A stretch of DNA of 64,000 nt, taken from NCBI GenBank assembly GCA_029856125.1, contig JAHQWJ010000143.1, forward strand, positions 17,325 through 81,324, in the 5' to 3' direction. The notes under the pieces were generated by a model that searched no databases, was not told where the DNA came from, and saw only the letters and a program-made list of their open reading frames with translations. Source of the DNA: Promethearchaeia archaeon (GTDB lineage Archaea; Asgardarchaeota; Lokiarchaeia; Sigyniarchaeales; SOKP01). Shown here one piece after another: positions 38,887 to 49,015 of this stretch (the first letter of the stretch is position 1; the number at the start of each line of letters is the position of its first letter). A program made the translations under genes and the position numbers.

Positions 38887-40195
38887 TTATTCGAAAGTCG
38901 AATTTGCCAAAAATCTGAGTAATCTGAGACATACGATGCCTCGAGGATTGGATGTCATTTGATTTTGTCGCGATAAAACAAGAATAAGAAGTTTCTTGGT
39001 TCTTATCTACTCCTTTCATAATAATTGGTGGGGTTATTATTTCAGGAATCAGATTTATCAATTGAGGCAATATTAACTTATTTATCTCCCCTGATGTATA
39101 CTCCCCGTCATATTTCAATTTTATTTGAGTAAATTCTGAAAACTTATGAGGGATCATTTTGAAATTTTGTAACTTCTTTTTTTGAGTGAGAAGTAAATCC
39201 ATAGGATTGAATTCTAATACATTCCTAATTCCTACATAGGACGTAGTTAATCTTGGATTAATTTCGATAAAAGAGAGAGAATTGTCAACTTTCTTCACAA
39301 AATCTATTCCAAAATAACCTTTGAATGTTGATAAATCTACACCCTTTAATATATTTTCTATTTGAGCTTTTAACTGTTCAAACTGATCTACGGGAGTAAA
39401 TCCCCCAAGGTACGCAGAATCCATAGTAGGGTCCGTTATTTGTAAATTCTGAGCGTTGATGCTTAATATTTTAGGACCATTTTCGACCAGTTTTCCAAGA
39501 GGTTGATCATTGATGATTGAAACACTCATAGGATCGCCTTCAATATATTCTTGAAGGATATATTTTCTATTTGTATTTGTTATTTTGTTAGAACTTTCAA
39601 AAAAATGCAATATCTCGTCTTTTTTCTCGAAATAAAAAATTAATTCTGATCCTACTCCATCATCAGGTTTGATGACGATTGAACTATTTATTTGATCAAA
39701 TTTTTGAAGGATAAAATCTAAATCCAAAATATTTCCATTAAAGGGGATACTATATGATTTTGGAGTATTTATTTCATTCTCAATAAAGAACCTATAAGTT
39801 TCTAGCTTAGACGCTCCGAGCTTTATACCGTTTAAATCTATACTTAATAATTTCTTATTATTCTTTTTTACAATTTTTGTAAGATTATAGAGAACATTTG
39901 AAAATTCGGGTGCAATTACAAAACAATAATCAGAATTCCTTACGCAGGTGGTATATTTTTGCAAATAATCTTCTTCCAACTCAACAGATTTTATTATGTC
40001 TGCTTTCATATAAAGGGATAAAAATTTAATCCTAGAATCCAATAGAGTAGTAATATGAAAACCTAAATTCTTAAAATCTTCTATAATTGTCCGCAACATG
40101 GCATACCCTTCGCAGAATAAAGACGAAGGGATTTCAACTTGATTAAAGCCTCCTCCTGAGACGAATTCAAAGATAAAGATTTTTTGACTGAACAT
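38879..40195 (-). CDS. ATP-grasp ligase (MfnD/tyramine-glutamate ligase-like)
   Basis: FEFVSGGG, EGYAML, IAPE, IKPDDGVGS, GYFGIDF, IEINPRLTTSYVG. Confidence 0.85.
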   Translation of the reverse strand: MFSQKIFIFEFVSGGGFNQVEIPSSLFCEGYAMLRTIIEDFKNLGFHITTLLDSRIKFLSLYMKADIIKSVELEEDYLQKYTTCVRNSDYCFVIAPEFSNVLYNLTKIVKKNNKKLLSIDLNGIKLGASKLETYRFFIENEINTPKSYSIPFNGNILDLDFILQKFDQINSSIVIKPDDGVGSELIFYFEKKDEILHFFESSNKITNTNRKYILQEYIEGDPMSVSIINDQPLGKLVENGPKILSINAQNLQITDPTMDSAYLGGFTPVDQFEQLKAQIENILKGVDLSTFKGYFGIDFVKKVDNSLSFIEINPRLTTSYVGIRNVLEFNPMDLLLTQKKKLQNFKMIPHKFSEFTQIKLKYDGEYTSGEINKLILPQLINLIPEIITPPIIMKGVDKNQETSYSCFIATKSNDIQSSRHRMSQITQIFGKFDFRIIK

Positions 40196-40292
40196 TTTTA
40201 ATATGAAGTACTAATTTTCATAATTTTAAAATGGTTTTAAAATAAGAATAAATTATTACTCTTAACTGAATTTAAATAAAAAACTGTGAATT

Positions 40293-41537
40293 ATGACTTT
40301 TTTTACAGAAGAAGTAATGCAAAGAATTCGATATCTGCATTATAAAATTAAAAAAATTGAAGAAGCGTTAGATAAAGAGGAAGAAGGTTTTTCTTTAGAC
40401 GACCTAAATCTTGTCTTAGAATATACTAAAATTTTAAACATTAACTATCAGAATGAAGATCAAATTAAACTCTTAAAAGCTTTAGACATTACTCCAATTT
40501 TCTTAGAACCACAAGAGAACAATAGAGAAATCCATATTAACGACTTAATGTTTGAGTGTGCGCGAACTTTATGGGTTATGGCACGAGCTTATTCTCATCT
40601 CTCAGAAAAGTTTGAAAGCAATGAAGAATGGGAAGATGCTATAATAGCTATGGTTGAAAGTAGTAAAATATTTAAAACAGGTGCGTATTTTAGTGCAGCA
40701 TCTATTAAACAACATGATTTAGGGGTAACTCTTTCATCTGAGAACCTAGAATTAAATTCTGAAGAAGCGAGAATACTTGCGCAGGGTGTGGCGGCTTTGA
40801 AGGAAGAAAATTCTAATAACACATACTTTGCCTCTAAACTCTACTCGGGGTTAAGTTCACTGTCAAAAAGATTATTCTATTTAAAGAAACATGAGGAGAA
40901 AAAAAAACAACAATTAAGAGCTCAATTTCATTTCGATATGGGTAAAGCATGTCAATTAAAAGCTCAAGCTTCGTTAGAATCTTCTATTACTAATATCAAT
41001 ACAGATAAAGTTACGAAACTCCAACAGAAGGCAAATTTTTACTTTTTAAAATCGGAAGAAATATGGAGTGAGATGATCAGTAGTCTGTCTGAATTATCTA
41101 GCGAGGAAAAAAGTAGTATTGAGCAAAACATATCCATCGTTAAAGATGTGTTAAAAGAAAAGAACTTAGATCTATTGGATTACGAAGAGATCAAAAGAAT
41201 TCAAGACCCGGAGCCAATTATTATTATTCCAGAAAATTTAGCCCCATTTGTTCCAAAAAGCACGATATACTTAACTAAGTTCGTGCCAAAGGATTTGAAT
41301 ATTAAGAGATTTAAATCGTTCCAAAAGAAAAAATTGGAACAAAAAATCCCATATAGCAAACGAGAAAGACTAATGGATAAGAAAGCTGGAATCGTGAGAA
41401 CTATTAATGAATTGAAATTACTAAAAGAGAATAAAGAAATTGATATTGATAAATTCGCTGAACTACTAGAGAAATATGCCGTAAAATTGAATATGATAGA
41501 TACTGCTATAGAAAAATTAGCTCATGCAACCAAGTAA
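40293..41537 (+). CDS. Hypothetical alpha-helical (repeat-like) protein
   Basis: 414-aa helical, charged ORF; no catalytic motif recognised. Confidence 0.6.
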   Translation: MTFFTEEVMQRIRYLHYKIKKIEEALDKEEEGFSLDDLNLVLEYTKILNINYQNEDQIKLLKALDITPIFLEPQENNREIHINDLMFECARTLWVMARAYSHLSEKFESNEEWEDAIIAMVESSKIFKTGAYFSAASIKQHDLGVTLSSENLELNSEEARILAQGVAALKEENSNNTYFASKLYSGLSSLSKRLFYLKKHEEKKKQQLRAQFHFDMGKACQLKAQASLESSITNINTDKVTKLQQKANFYFLKSEEIWSEMISSLSELSSEEKSSIEQNISIVKDVLKEKNLDLLDYEEIKRIQDPEPIIIIPENLAPFVPKSTIYLTKFVPKDLNIKRFKSFQKKKLEQKIPYSKRERLMDKKAGIVRTINELKLLKENKEIDIDKFAELLEKYAVKLNMIDTAIEKLAHATK

Positions 41538-41570
41538 TAATTAAAACTTTCAAAAATGCTTTATTTTAAT

Positions 41571-42047
41571 TTACTTCTTTTCAAAATATAATTTTCTATT
41601 TTGTTCCAATTCAAATTTTCTTTCAGCCTCCTCTTTAAAGAGAATATCGTAAATTTCTTTAAAAACAATTCCGAGTAAAAGTGTTTCTATAATTAGGTTT
41701 AACGTTACCATCATCAGTTGAAGATCATGCAAATCAATAAACAATAACGATATAAAAACAAATAGATGAGGCGTATATATTAACGATACCACTCCAATTC
41801 TCTTTCCAAATTTGGAAATATGCTCTTCTTCTAGGCAAAATACACGGTCCAACTTTAGAGCTTCTATTAAATAGTAAAAGCTAAAAACAAGATTTACTAA
41901 GGCTAAGATAATTATAAAATCTCTTTCGTCTGGCTCCAAGGCAATATAAGGCTTTAAAATTATAGATCCAAGTAATAAAGTTGATGAGAAAACAAATTGA
42001 ACAACTGATAATGATAGCAAACCATCATGAAAGTATTTATAATCCAT
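41571..42047 (-). CDS. Membrane protein (about 4 TM)
   Basis: Hydrophobic helices. Confidence 0.65.
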   Translation of the reverse strand: MDYKYFHDGLLSLSVVQFVFSSTLLLGSIILKPYIALEPDERDFIIILALVNLVFSFYYLIEALKLDRVFCLEEEHISKFGKRIGVVSLIYTPHLFVFISLLFIDLHDLQLMMVTLNLIIETLLLGIVFKEIYDILFKEEAERKFELEQNRKLYFEKK

Positions 42048-42154
42048 TTTTCGTCTAATTCTTTTTTTCTGTAAATAGGATTCTGGTCTAATTTTAAAAT
42101 TGAACTTTTATTAAAGATAAAAACAAAAATGTATTATTAATTAATAAAAATTGC

Positions 42155-43858
42155 GTGCTTTCAATGACATATTTAACCGACGAAGAAATAGAGAGTTTAA
42201 AATTAATACATCCCAAAAAACGATATCTGCGTTATTTTTTTCTAGCAATTGGTATACTAATTATTTTTTTAGGGTGTCTGTTTACATTTATAGGTTTTGA
42301 TTATGGAATAACTCTTAACGGATTTAATCTCTCTCTCATCGTAAGTATCTTAATTATTATATTTGGTGGTATTATTACTTCAAAATATTATATAACGCCC
42401 TACTACATACGGGAAAATTCTCTAACCTTTAAAAAAATGCGAGATTTAAGAGAACCGGTTGAAGATTATGTGAAATTTAATTCGTTTGCTCTTACAAGAC
42501 TCATAGCCTCTATTCTCTTAATAATTAATGGGCTTATTTCGTATACTATATTTGGAGGTGATGTTGGTCACGAGGTAGAATTTGGGAGTGCGATAGTTCT
42601 TGGGGGACCCTCTTGGTTTTATGTTACTGGTTTTCCAATGTTAATGACAGGTCTTGGTTTATTAATTTATTTTATTCTGAGTCCTTTTCGAGGTATATTT
42701 TCCAAATCGAAGAACTTTCTTTTCTTTTCCGAAATTAGACCTGGGTTTGCATGGTTAACCGAAATTCCGAAAAAAGATATCGAATTTGTACGATTCCAAA
42801 ATAATCACACCGGACCCAAATTGGCTTGGATTATTCTAATGATCCCTTTCATCGTCTTACAACTCATGACGGCTATCCCCTTACTTGCGGTCGAAAATGC
42901 AGGGCCAGACTTCGTATTGTCATGGACATTTATCATATTATCTTTTATTGACATCGTAGTTTTAGTTGTTTTGGTGATATTTCAACAAAAATATTTCGAA
43001 ATTGCTACACAAGAAAAATTATATGAAATGTGGTTTTCACCGATAAAATTGAAGAACCAATCACATTTTAAAGAAAAATTTGCCAATTTTTTAGAGTGTA
43101 ATCCAAATCTACGAGATGCTGAAACAAACAGCGATGATAAGGTATTCTCAAGTATTAATTCGACTAATTTTCAATTATTCAAGCTCATCTTTGGATTATT
43201 TTTAATAACAATTGCTCTTATAATGCTCACGCAAATGGTATTATTTGGTCCTCAAGTATGGTGGTTCGCTTTAATGTATGGTTTAATGTTGTTGGTAAAA
43301 GCTGTTTTTTACGATTTCAGTAAAAAGAATGGAGATTCATTTAAATTTAACGAAGAATCAAGAGAATTTAGGTTCAAGCGAGAATTCCTACATAAGTTCC
43401 ACTATATTGGCGCTAATAAGGTAGAATCAATAAGCGTAAAAAAATGGTACAGAAAAATAGATTTTTTTGATGTTTTTGGAATATGTGGACTTTTAGTATT
43501 TCTCACTCTTCAACAATTGGAAGGATGGATAGTAGCGGATACTTTAACGCTAAGAATAGATAATTTAATTAGTACCTTGCTATGGATATTGATAATCGCA
43601 TTTATTACGTTTTATTTATGCTTTCCGATAGATTTCATTGAAGTTAAATCGCCATCTATAACTTATAGAGTTCAAATCACTTTAAAATTAAAAGAAACTA
43701 ACAGTATTAAGCAATGCATAAAAAATTTGAAAAATTTTCCGAAGGAAATTATGCAACCTGAAATGAAAAAGACTTTTCTAATAAGAATGGTGATAATTTT
43801 TGCTCTTATTTTCGGGAGCTTATTCTATATGATGTTTTATTTTTTAATGTTATTTTAA
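42155..43858 (+). CDS. Large multi-pass membrane protein, possibly internally duplicated
   Basis: Alternating TM pairs and short soluble domains. Confidence 0.65.
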   Translation: MLSMTYLTDEEIESLKLIHPKKRYLRYFFLAIGILIIFLGCLFTFIGFDYGITLNGFNLSLIVSILIIIFGGIITSKYYITPYYIRENSLTFKKMRDLREPVEDYVKFNSFALTRLIASILLIINGLISYTIFGGDVGHEVEFGSAIVLGGPSWFYVTGFPMLMTGLGLLIYFILSPFRGIFSKSKNFLFFSEIRPGFAWLTEIPKKDIEFVRFQNNHTGPKLAWIILMIPFIVLQLMTAIPLLAVENAGPDFVLSWTFIILSFIDIVVLVVLVIFQQKYFEIATQEKLYEMWFSPIKLKNQSHFKEKFANFLECNPNLRDAETNSDDKVFSSINSTNFQLFKLIFGLFLITIALIMLTQMVLFGPQVWWFALMYGLMLLVKAVFYDFSKKNGDSFKFNEESREFRFKREFLHKFHYIGANKVESISVKKWYRKIDFFDVFGICGLLVFLTLQQLEGWIVADTLTLRIDNLISTLLWILIIAFITFYLCFPIDFIEVKSPSITYRVQITLKLKETNSIKQCIKNLKNFPKEIMQPEMKKTFLIRMVIIFALIFGSLFYMMFYFLMLF

Positions 43859-43911
43859 ATATTCGCCTTTGACTCTTAAATAATAATGAATTAATTTCTA
43901 GAAATCTTTTA

Positions 43912-44205
43912 TTGCATATGTCAGCTGACCAAACAAAATTAGTATTATACATGAAAAATATGTTTTCTGATCTGATTTATATAAATAGCGTAATTGCAAC
44001 TGAATTAGTTAAAATTACGGAAAATTTAACCGCTTTAAGGCACGGAGAAGATTTTTTAAAGAAGAGCGGTTGTCTACAAGAACATAACAATTTGAATAAA
44101 GATATAATTGATATTTTAAATAAATACGGCAAGCTTAATGACGAAATTGACAGAAAAATTCGATTAGAAAAACATGTGCTCAGTCATCTAGAGGATTCTA
44201 AATAA
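43912..44205 (+). CDS. Hypothetical helical protein
   Basis: 97-aa ORF directly upstream of the IscU-like gene; start may be the ATG at 43918. Confidence 0.65.
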   Translation: MHMSADQTKLVLYMKNMFSDLIYINSVIATELVKITENLTALRHGEDFLKKSGCLQEHNNLNKDIIDILNKYGKLNDEIDRKIRLEKHVLSHLEDSK

Positions 44206-44206
44206 G

Positions 44207-44647
44207 ATGTCTCAAAATAAGGAAAATTTTGACAGATTTGTTGACAAACTTCAAAAGGAAATCATTGATAAAGAAATACACGATTTTAACGAACATATTG
44301 TGAAGTTGTTTCACAACCCTAAAAATTGGGGAAAACCGGCTAATTTCACAATTTCTCATTCATGCAAAGGAGAAAAAAAAGATACGATGGAATTTTATTT
44401 AACGATTCAGGACGATGTGATTAAAAATGCTAATTTCTTCACTGATGGATGTGGAGCAACTGTCGCAACTGGAAGTCAAACAACTATATTAATTGAAGGG
44501 AAATCTTTAGAGTATGCTGAAAGCCTAAAAACCGAAGATATAGACCTTGCGTTAAATGAATTACCAGACGATCATAAGCATAGTTTAGAACTGGCAGTAA
44601 ATACTTTAAGGAATCTTATTGCGAAATATAGAAGCAAAATAAATTAA
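44207..44647 (+). CDS. IscU/NifU-N-like scaffold protein (degenerate Cys set)
   Basis: FHNPKNWG, F-x-TDGC, IEGKSL, LP-x-x-HKH. Confidence 0.85.
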   Translation: MSQNKENFDRFVDKLQKEIIDKEIHDFNEHIVKLFHNPKNWGKPANFTISHSCKGEKKDTMEFYLTIQDDVIKNANFFTDGCGATVATGSQTTILIEGKSLEYAESLKTEDIDLALNELPDDHKHSLELAVNTLRNLIAKYRSKIN

Positions 44648-44658
44648 TTCGTTGTAAA

Positions 44659-45378
44659 ATGAATAGCGTAGAATTTGAAAATATAGATATTCCAATCAAG
44701 GGTGAAGATTTATTTCTAAAGGGAACTATTTATTATAGCACTAACACACCCAATAAAGCTCCTTTTGTAATTAATCTAGCAGGATTATTGGATTATCGCG
44801 AGAGTTATTTTGTTAAGTATTTTACAGAAAAATTCGTTGACGCTGGATTTTACGTGTTGTCTTACGATTACCGTGCGCATGGAGAAACCAAAAAACAAAC
44901 GGGATCTAGGTGGGATAGAATGGTTGTTCAAATATTTTCCGACATCCAAATTGTAATTGATTGGGTGCAAACCCATCAGTCTTACAGACTCTTGGAAGAA
45001 AAAATAATTCTATTTGGAAGGAGTATGGGAGGTGCAATTATATTAACACAAGGTTTCCTTAATAAAAAAGTAAAGGCTTTAATTGCTCTATGTGCAAGAT
45101 ATGATTACCATACGACTACTATAAAATTTCAAGAGGAAATTATTCAAAAAATTAGCCCTAAATATTTTCTAAAAAACGACCCATCAAACAATAAAAGAAT
45201 TCTGATAGCCCATTGTAAAGATGACAATAGAATCCCATTCTCTAATCTCTCACAGATAAAAAAACAACTCGGTTTAAATGCGGAGAATGTGATTCAATTT
45301 GAAGGTGGATCTCATTCTTTTAAAAATCATAGAGAGGAAATTTTTGATATTACTCTTAAATTTTTAAAAAAAATATAA
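44659..45378 (+). CDS. Alpha/beta hydrolase
   Basis: YDYRAHGET, GRSMGG, D...H triad. Confidence 0.9.
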   Translation: MNSVEFENIDIPIKGEDLFLKGTIYYSTNTPNKAPFVINLAGLLDYRESYFVKYFTEKFVDAGFYVLSYDYRAHGETKKQTGSRWDRMVVQIFSDIQIVIDWVQTHQSYRLLEEKIILFGRSMGGAIILTQGFLNKKVKALIALCARYDYHTTTIKFQEEIIQKISPKYFLKNDPSNNKRILIAHCKDDNRIPFSNLSQIKKQLGLNAENVIQFEGGSHSFKNHREEIFDITLKFLKKI

Positions 45379-45432
45379 GAAATGGAATCATATGTTAAAA
45401 TGTAAAAAGTTAATATAAAAAAGTGAAACCGT

Positions 45433-46335
45433 ATGAAAAAGATATTAATTGTGGGCCCAGCAAGTCAAATACTTGGGATAAGAATTGCTAAGGGTTTAGA
45501 CATTAATTACTATAACACCGAAACAAAAACCTTTCCTGACGGAGAAAACTACCTTAGAATAAACGTAGATAATGATTCTTTAATAGATGGAACTGAAGTT
45601 ATAATTGTTCAATCAACAGGGCCGAGTTCAAGCGAAAACCAAAATGGAAGGTTAATCGAGCTTTTAATGATGATCGAAGCTGTTAAAAGAATGGGTGCCG
45701 CTAAAATTGTTGTTGTTGTTCCATATTTAGCTTATGCTCGACAAGATAGTGTTTTTAGACCAGGAGAATGTAAATTTGCTCAATTAGTTCTAAGACTTAT
45801 AGATTCGATGAGAATTGACGAGCTCTATGTTGTTGATATTCACTCCCAAAAAACTTTAGAAGAAATCCAATGTAAGTGTGTGAATATAGATTCGATGAAA
45901 CTTTTGGCGGATTATATTAAATCGTTAAAGATTAACAACATTGTAGTGGTCGCTCCTGATAAAGGTGCTGTAGAAAGATCTAGAGCCTTTGCAAAACATT
46001 TCGGAGATAACGTACCAGTGGATTATTTTGAAAAAGTACGAGATGTTAAATCGGGAGAGATAACAATGTCAGGAAAACTAAGCTTAAAAAATAGAGATGT
46101 CATCATTTCAGACGATATCATTGCCACGGGCGGAACGATGGCTAAAGCCATAAAAATTTTAAAGGGGGAAGGGGCTAATAGAGTATTTGCTGTAGCAACC
46201 CACGCTCTTTTATTACAAAATGCAAGATATAGGATATTTAATGCAGGAGCAGATGATATAATCGGTACTGATTCTATTGATAATGAAGTAAGTAAAGTTT
46301 CATTGTCAAAAGCTATTGTAGATTATTTGAGATGA
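45433..46335 (+). CDS. prs: Ribose-phosphate pyrophosphokinase
   Basis: FPDGE, PYLAYARQD, APDKGA, DDIIATGGT. Confidence 0.97.
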   Translation: MKKILIVGPASQILGIRIAKGLDINYYNTETKTFPDGENYLRINVDNDSLIDGTEVIIVQSTGPSSSENQNGRLIELLMMIEAVKRMGAAKIVVVVPYLAYARQDSVFRPGECKFAQLVLRLIDSMRIDELYVVDIHSQKTLEEIQCKCVNIDSMKLLADYIKSLKINNIVVVAPDKGAVERSRAFAKHFGDNVPVDYFEKVRDVKSGEITMSGKLSLKNRDVIISDDIIATGGTMAKAIKILKGEGANRVFAVATHALLLQNARYRIFNAGADDIIGTDSIDNEVSKVSLSKAIVDYLR

Positions 46336-46339
46336 ATTT

Positions 46340-46882
46340 TTAATAATTTTCTATAATTTTAAAAATCAAAGAGCGCGTTTCTTGCTGAACATCTACTTCT
46401 GATAAATTATTATTTATTTTATAGTTCGCGTTTTCTAAAACTTCGTTTAAGCCGAATCTAATTTCTCGTTCATCTCTATCTCGTATTTCGCTTAAAGAAT
46501 TTGGATCATCAGGTCTTTTTCTGTTAGAAAGTCTTTCATACCTAATTTTTTCATCTACAACAGTGGCAATTAATGGAAATTTCCAGTATTTTCTAAAAAC
46601 CGCAACTTCGGCCATAGATCTCAACCCATCTATGAAACACACTTCACATTCTAACTTTTTAATTAAATTTACGCATTTCTCAGCAATTATCTCTGGTCCG
46701 TAATTTTTTCGTAATTCTAGGGCTATATTCCCCAAATTCTCATCACTTGGGGCAATGTTTCTATGGTTCGCTTCGTTTCTTATAACATCTCCCATCGTAA
46801 TAATAAGCCCTAAATCCTCTATTGCTTTCAAGACTGTTGATTTACCAGAACCGGGTAATCCACAAAATCCTATAACTTTCAT
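46340..46882 (-). CDS. UPF0200-family nucleotide kinase (dephospho-CoA kinase-like)
   Basis: GLPGSGKS, MGDVIR, DGLRS, RDERE. Confidence 0.85.
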   Translation of the reverse strand: MKVIGFCGLPGSGKSTVLKAIEDLGLIITMGDVIRNEANHRNIAPSDENLGNIALELRKNYGPEIIAEKCVNLIKKLECEVCFIDGLRSMAEVAVFRKYWKFPLIATVVDEKIRYERLSNRKRPDDPNSLSEIRDRDEREIRFGLNEVLENANYKINNNLSEVDVQQETRSLIFKIIENY

Positions 46883-47075
46883 GAAGGTTTCTTAATCGAT
46901 CTAATTAATTAAACATGTGAACGTTCTAATTTGTTAAAAAGATTGATAAATTTAAAAGTTTTAAATTTATCCAATAATAGTTAAAACTATTAAGAGATTA
47001 GAAAATTATACGGATTTATTACAAGCTCACTAAGCAGAGTTAGTCGATTTAAAACTATAAATTAGGTTTAAAGCA

Positions 47076-48275
47076 GTGAAACTTCAAAAAGAGAAGGAAG
47101 ATAATTTATTATCCGATACTAATGAAATGATCGAGATATCAAAAAGAGAGTCTTACATTCAGGAGTACGGGATTGATCCGACATTTACGCCCGTATACAT
47201 GTCATACAATGCTTATAAGCGCATTGTTGGTTATGCCATGAGATACGGAAGTAACGATCTTCCTCAAAAAGCTTGGCGTGAAGTTTATGGTATACTAATT
47301 GGGTCGATTAAGGAAAATAAAGAAGTAATCGTTAAGGATGCAATCCCCGTTATGGTAGGCGATAGAGCATATGTTGAATATAAGAGCAAGCATTATGTCG
47401 ATACAGCTCAGTTTAATACGGCGATATATGAAAGAGCAATTCAAGACAATAAAGAAGATTTCTTTGTAGGCTGGTGGCACACTCATCCTGGAATTGGGTT
47501 TATTTTTTCACCAAGAGATATTGAAACGCAACTCTTTTACCAAGGTGTTAACCCATTTGCTATTGCTCTTGTTTTTGATCATTGCCAAAAAGAATCTAAA
47601 TCATATTATTTAGGGGTAGCTGGAATAAGGTTGAAAAATCCTGATCGTGGTATGTTCGCTACGTATTCAAACTCAATAGAATTAAAGTTTGAACATACTA
47701 AGGAGAAAATGGTTAAAAATGTTGATAAAGTAGTAAAAGAAATCAATAAAAATATGAAGGATGTTCTGAGTGAAATTAAATACATAGACGATATTTTGCG
47801 AAAAAGATATCTTGCTCAACTTCAAAGGAATTTTGGTCTTATTATGGTTTTAAAAAAAGACATTAAAATCACTGACGACGAAATAGAAGCTGAAAGTGAG
47901 GATTCCTTTTTATATGAATGGGATCCTGATATCGACAAAAAAATCTACAGAATCCCGAAGTTTAGAGATAAAATTGAAAAAGAATTAAAAAAATATGAAG
48001 CAAATCTTTCTGAGCTCAACGGTGAGAAGAATGACCATGAGTTTAAGAAAAAGAAGGAGAAATATAAAAAAAAGCTAAACGAAATGCTGGCTAAGCCGAA
48101 CGAGTGGTATACAAAAATTATGAATGATTTTACAAAAAGGATCGAAAAAATTTCACCATTTTTTGATTATCTGGATACAGATGAACGAAAGATGATTGAG
48201 CATTTCGAGGAAAGAATTTCTGAATATAGTAAAGTATTAGATGATTTAAGGAGTCGTTCTGAGTTCAATTTATAA
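47076..48275 (+). CDS. Rpn11/CSN5-like JAMM protein with long helical C-terminal extension
   Basis: EVYGILIG, VGWWHTHPGIGFIFSPRD, IALVFD. Confidence 0.85.
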   Translation: MKLQKEKEDNLLSDTNEMIEISKRESYIQEYGIDPTFTPVYMSYNAYKRIVGYAMRYGSNDLPQKAWREVYGILIGSIKENKEVIVKDAIPVMVGDRAYVEYKSKHYVDTAQFNTAIYERAIQDNKEDFFVGWWHTHPGIGFIFSPRDIETQLFYQGVNPFAIALVFDHCQKESKSYYLGVAGIRLKNPDRGMFATYSNSIELKFEHTKEKMVKNVDKVVKEINKNMKDVLSEIKYIDDILRKRYLAQLQRNFGLIMVLKKDIKITDDEIEAESEDSFLYEWDPDIDKKIYRIPKFRDKIEKELKKYEANLSELNGEKNDHEFKKKKEKYKKKLNEMLAKPNEWYTKIMNDFTKRIEKISPFFDYLDTDERKMIEHFEERISEYSKVLDDLRSRSEFNL

Positions 48276-48488
48276 ATATCACACTTATTTAATCATAATA
48301 TGACCTTATTTTTACAACAAAGTGCAAGGTAAATTTATTGTTTTATTTACGAGGTTATTCACATAATTGCTTTTTAAGTGTTGTTTTCAGTAAACATTTT
48401 GAATAACTTTTATATTACGTGATGTATAACTAATATATAGACTGCTTTTAAATCAAACTTAACAAATAGTTGGTAATGAGGTTTTTTC

Positions 48489-48821
48489 ATGCCTAATGGT
48501 ACAACCCTTATAATAAGAAATCGAACAGATCGGGAGAAAACTATAAAGGACGCAATTTTTGCATTTTCAGGTGGAACAAAATCGCTACTAATAAAAGGAG
48601 AAGGAGAAGAAATTTCAACTGTGGTTGAAGTTGCTGAAATTTTAAAAAAGCGCATGTATCCCGGTGTGGAAATAGCCAATATCTCGTTAGGAAGCCGTCC
48701 CTTCTTTGAAAATAGGCAAAGGAATAACTATCGAAAAAACAACAGAAACAATTATAATAACAAAAATAAAAAGGATTTAATTTCTAAAATCGAAATAACC
48801 CTTTCAAAATCACTCTATTAG
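48489..48821 (+). CDS. Alba-family DNA/RNA-binding protein (divergent)
   Basis: IKGEGEEISTVVEVAEILK...ISLGS...ISKIEITL follows the Alba pattern. Confidence 0.8.
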   Translation: MPNGTTLIIRNRTDREKTIKDAIFAFSGGTKSLLIKGEGEEISTVVEVAEILKKRMYPGVEIANISLGSRPFFENRQRNNYRKNNRNNYNNKNKKDLISKIEITLSKSLY

Positions 48822-48830
48822 AATCGATTT

Positions 48831-48998
48831 ATGACTTTTGAAAACTTAGGGCCCTTATTAGAAGAGGCTCGAACAACCGTAACATGTAATATTTGTTCAA
48901 ATTACATATATAAAAGAGTTTACTACGACGAGAACTCGAAAAACAAGCAAAAGGTCGTGTTTGTTTGTAAAAATTGCCTAAAGAATAATGAAAAGTAA
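48831..48998 (+). CDS. 55-aa zinc-finger protein (not in ORF track)
   Basis: MTFENLGPLLEEARTTVTCNICSNYIYKRVYYDENSKNKQKVVFVCKNCLKNNEK; two CxxC; 9 nt after the Alba-like stop. Confidence 0.75.
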   Translation: MTFENLGPLLEEARTTVTCNICSNYIYKRVYYDENSKNKQKVVFVCKNCLKNNEK

Positions 48999-49015
48999 CA
49001 ATTAGATTGGTTTCT

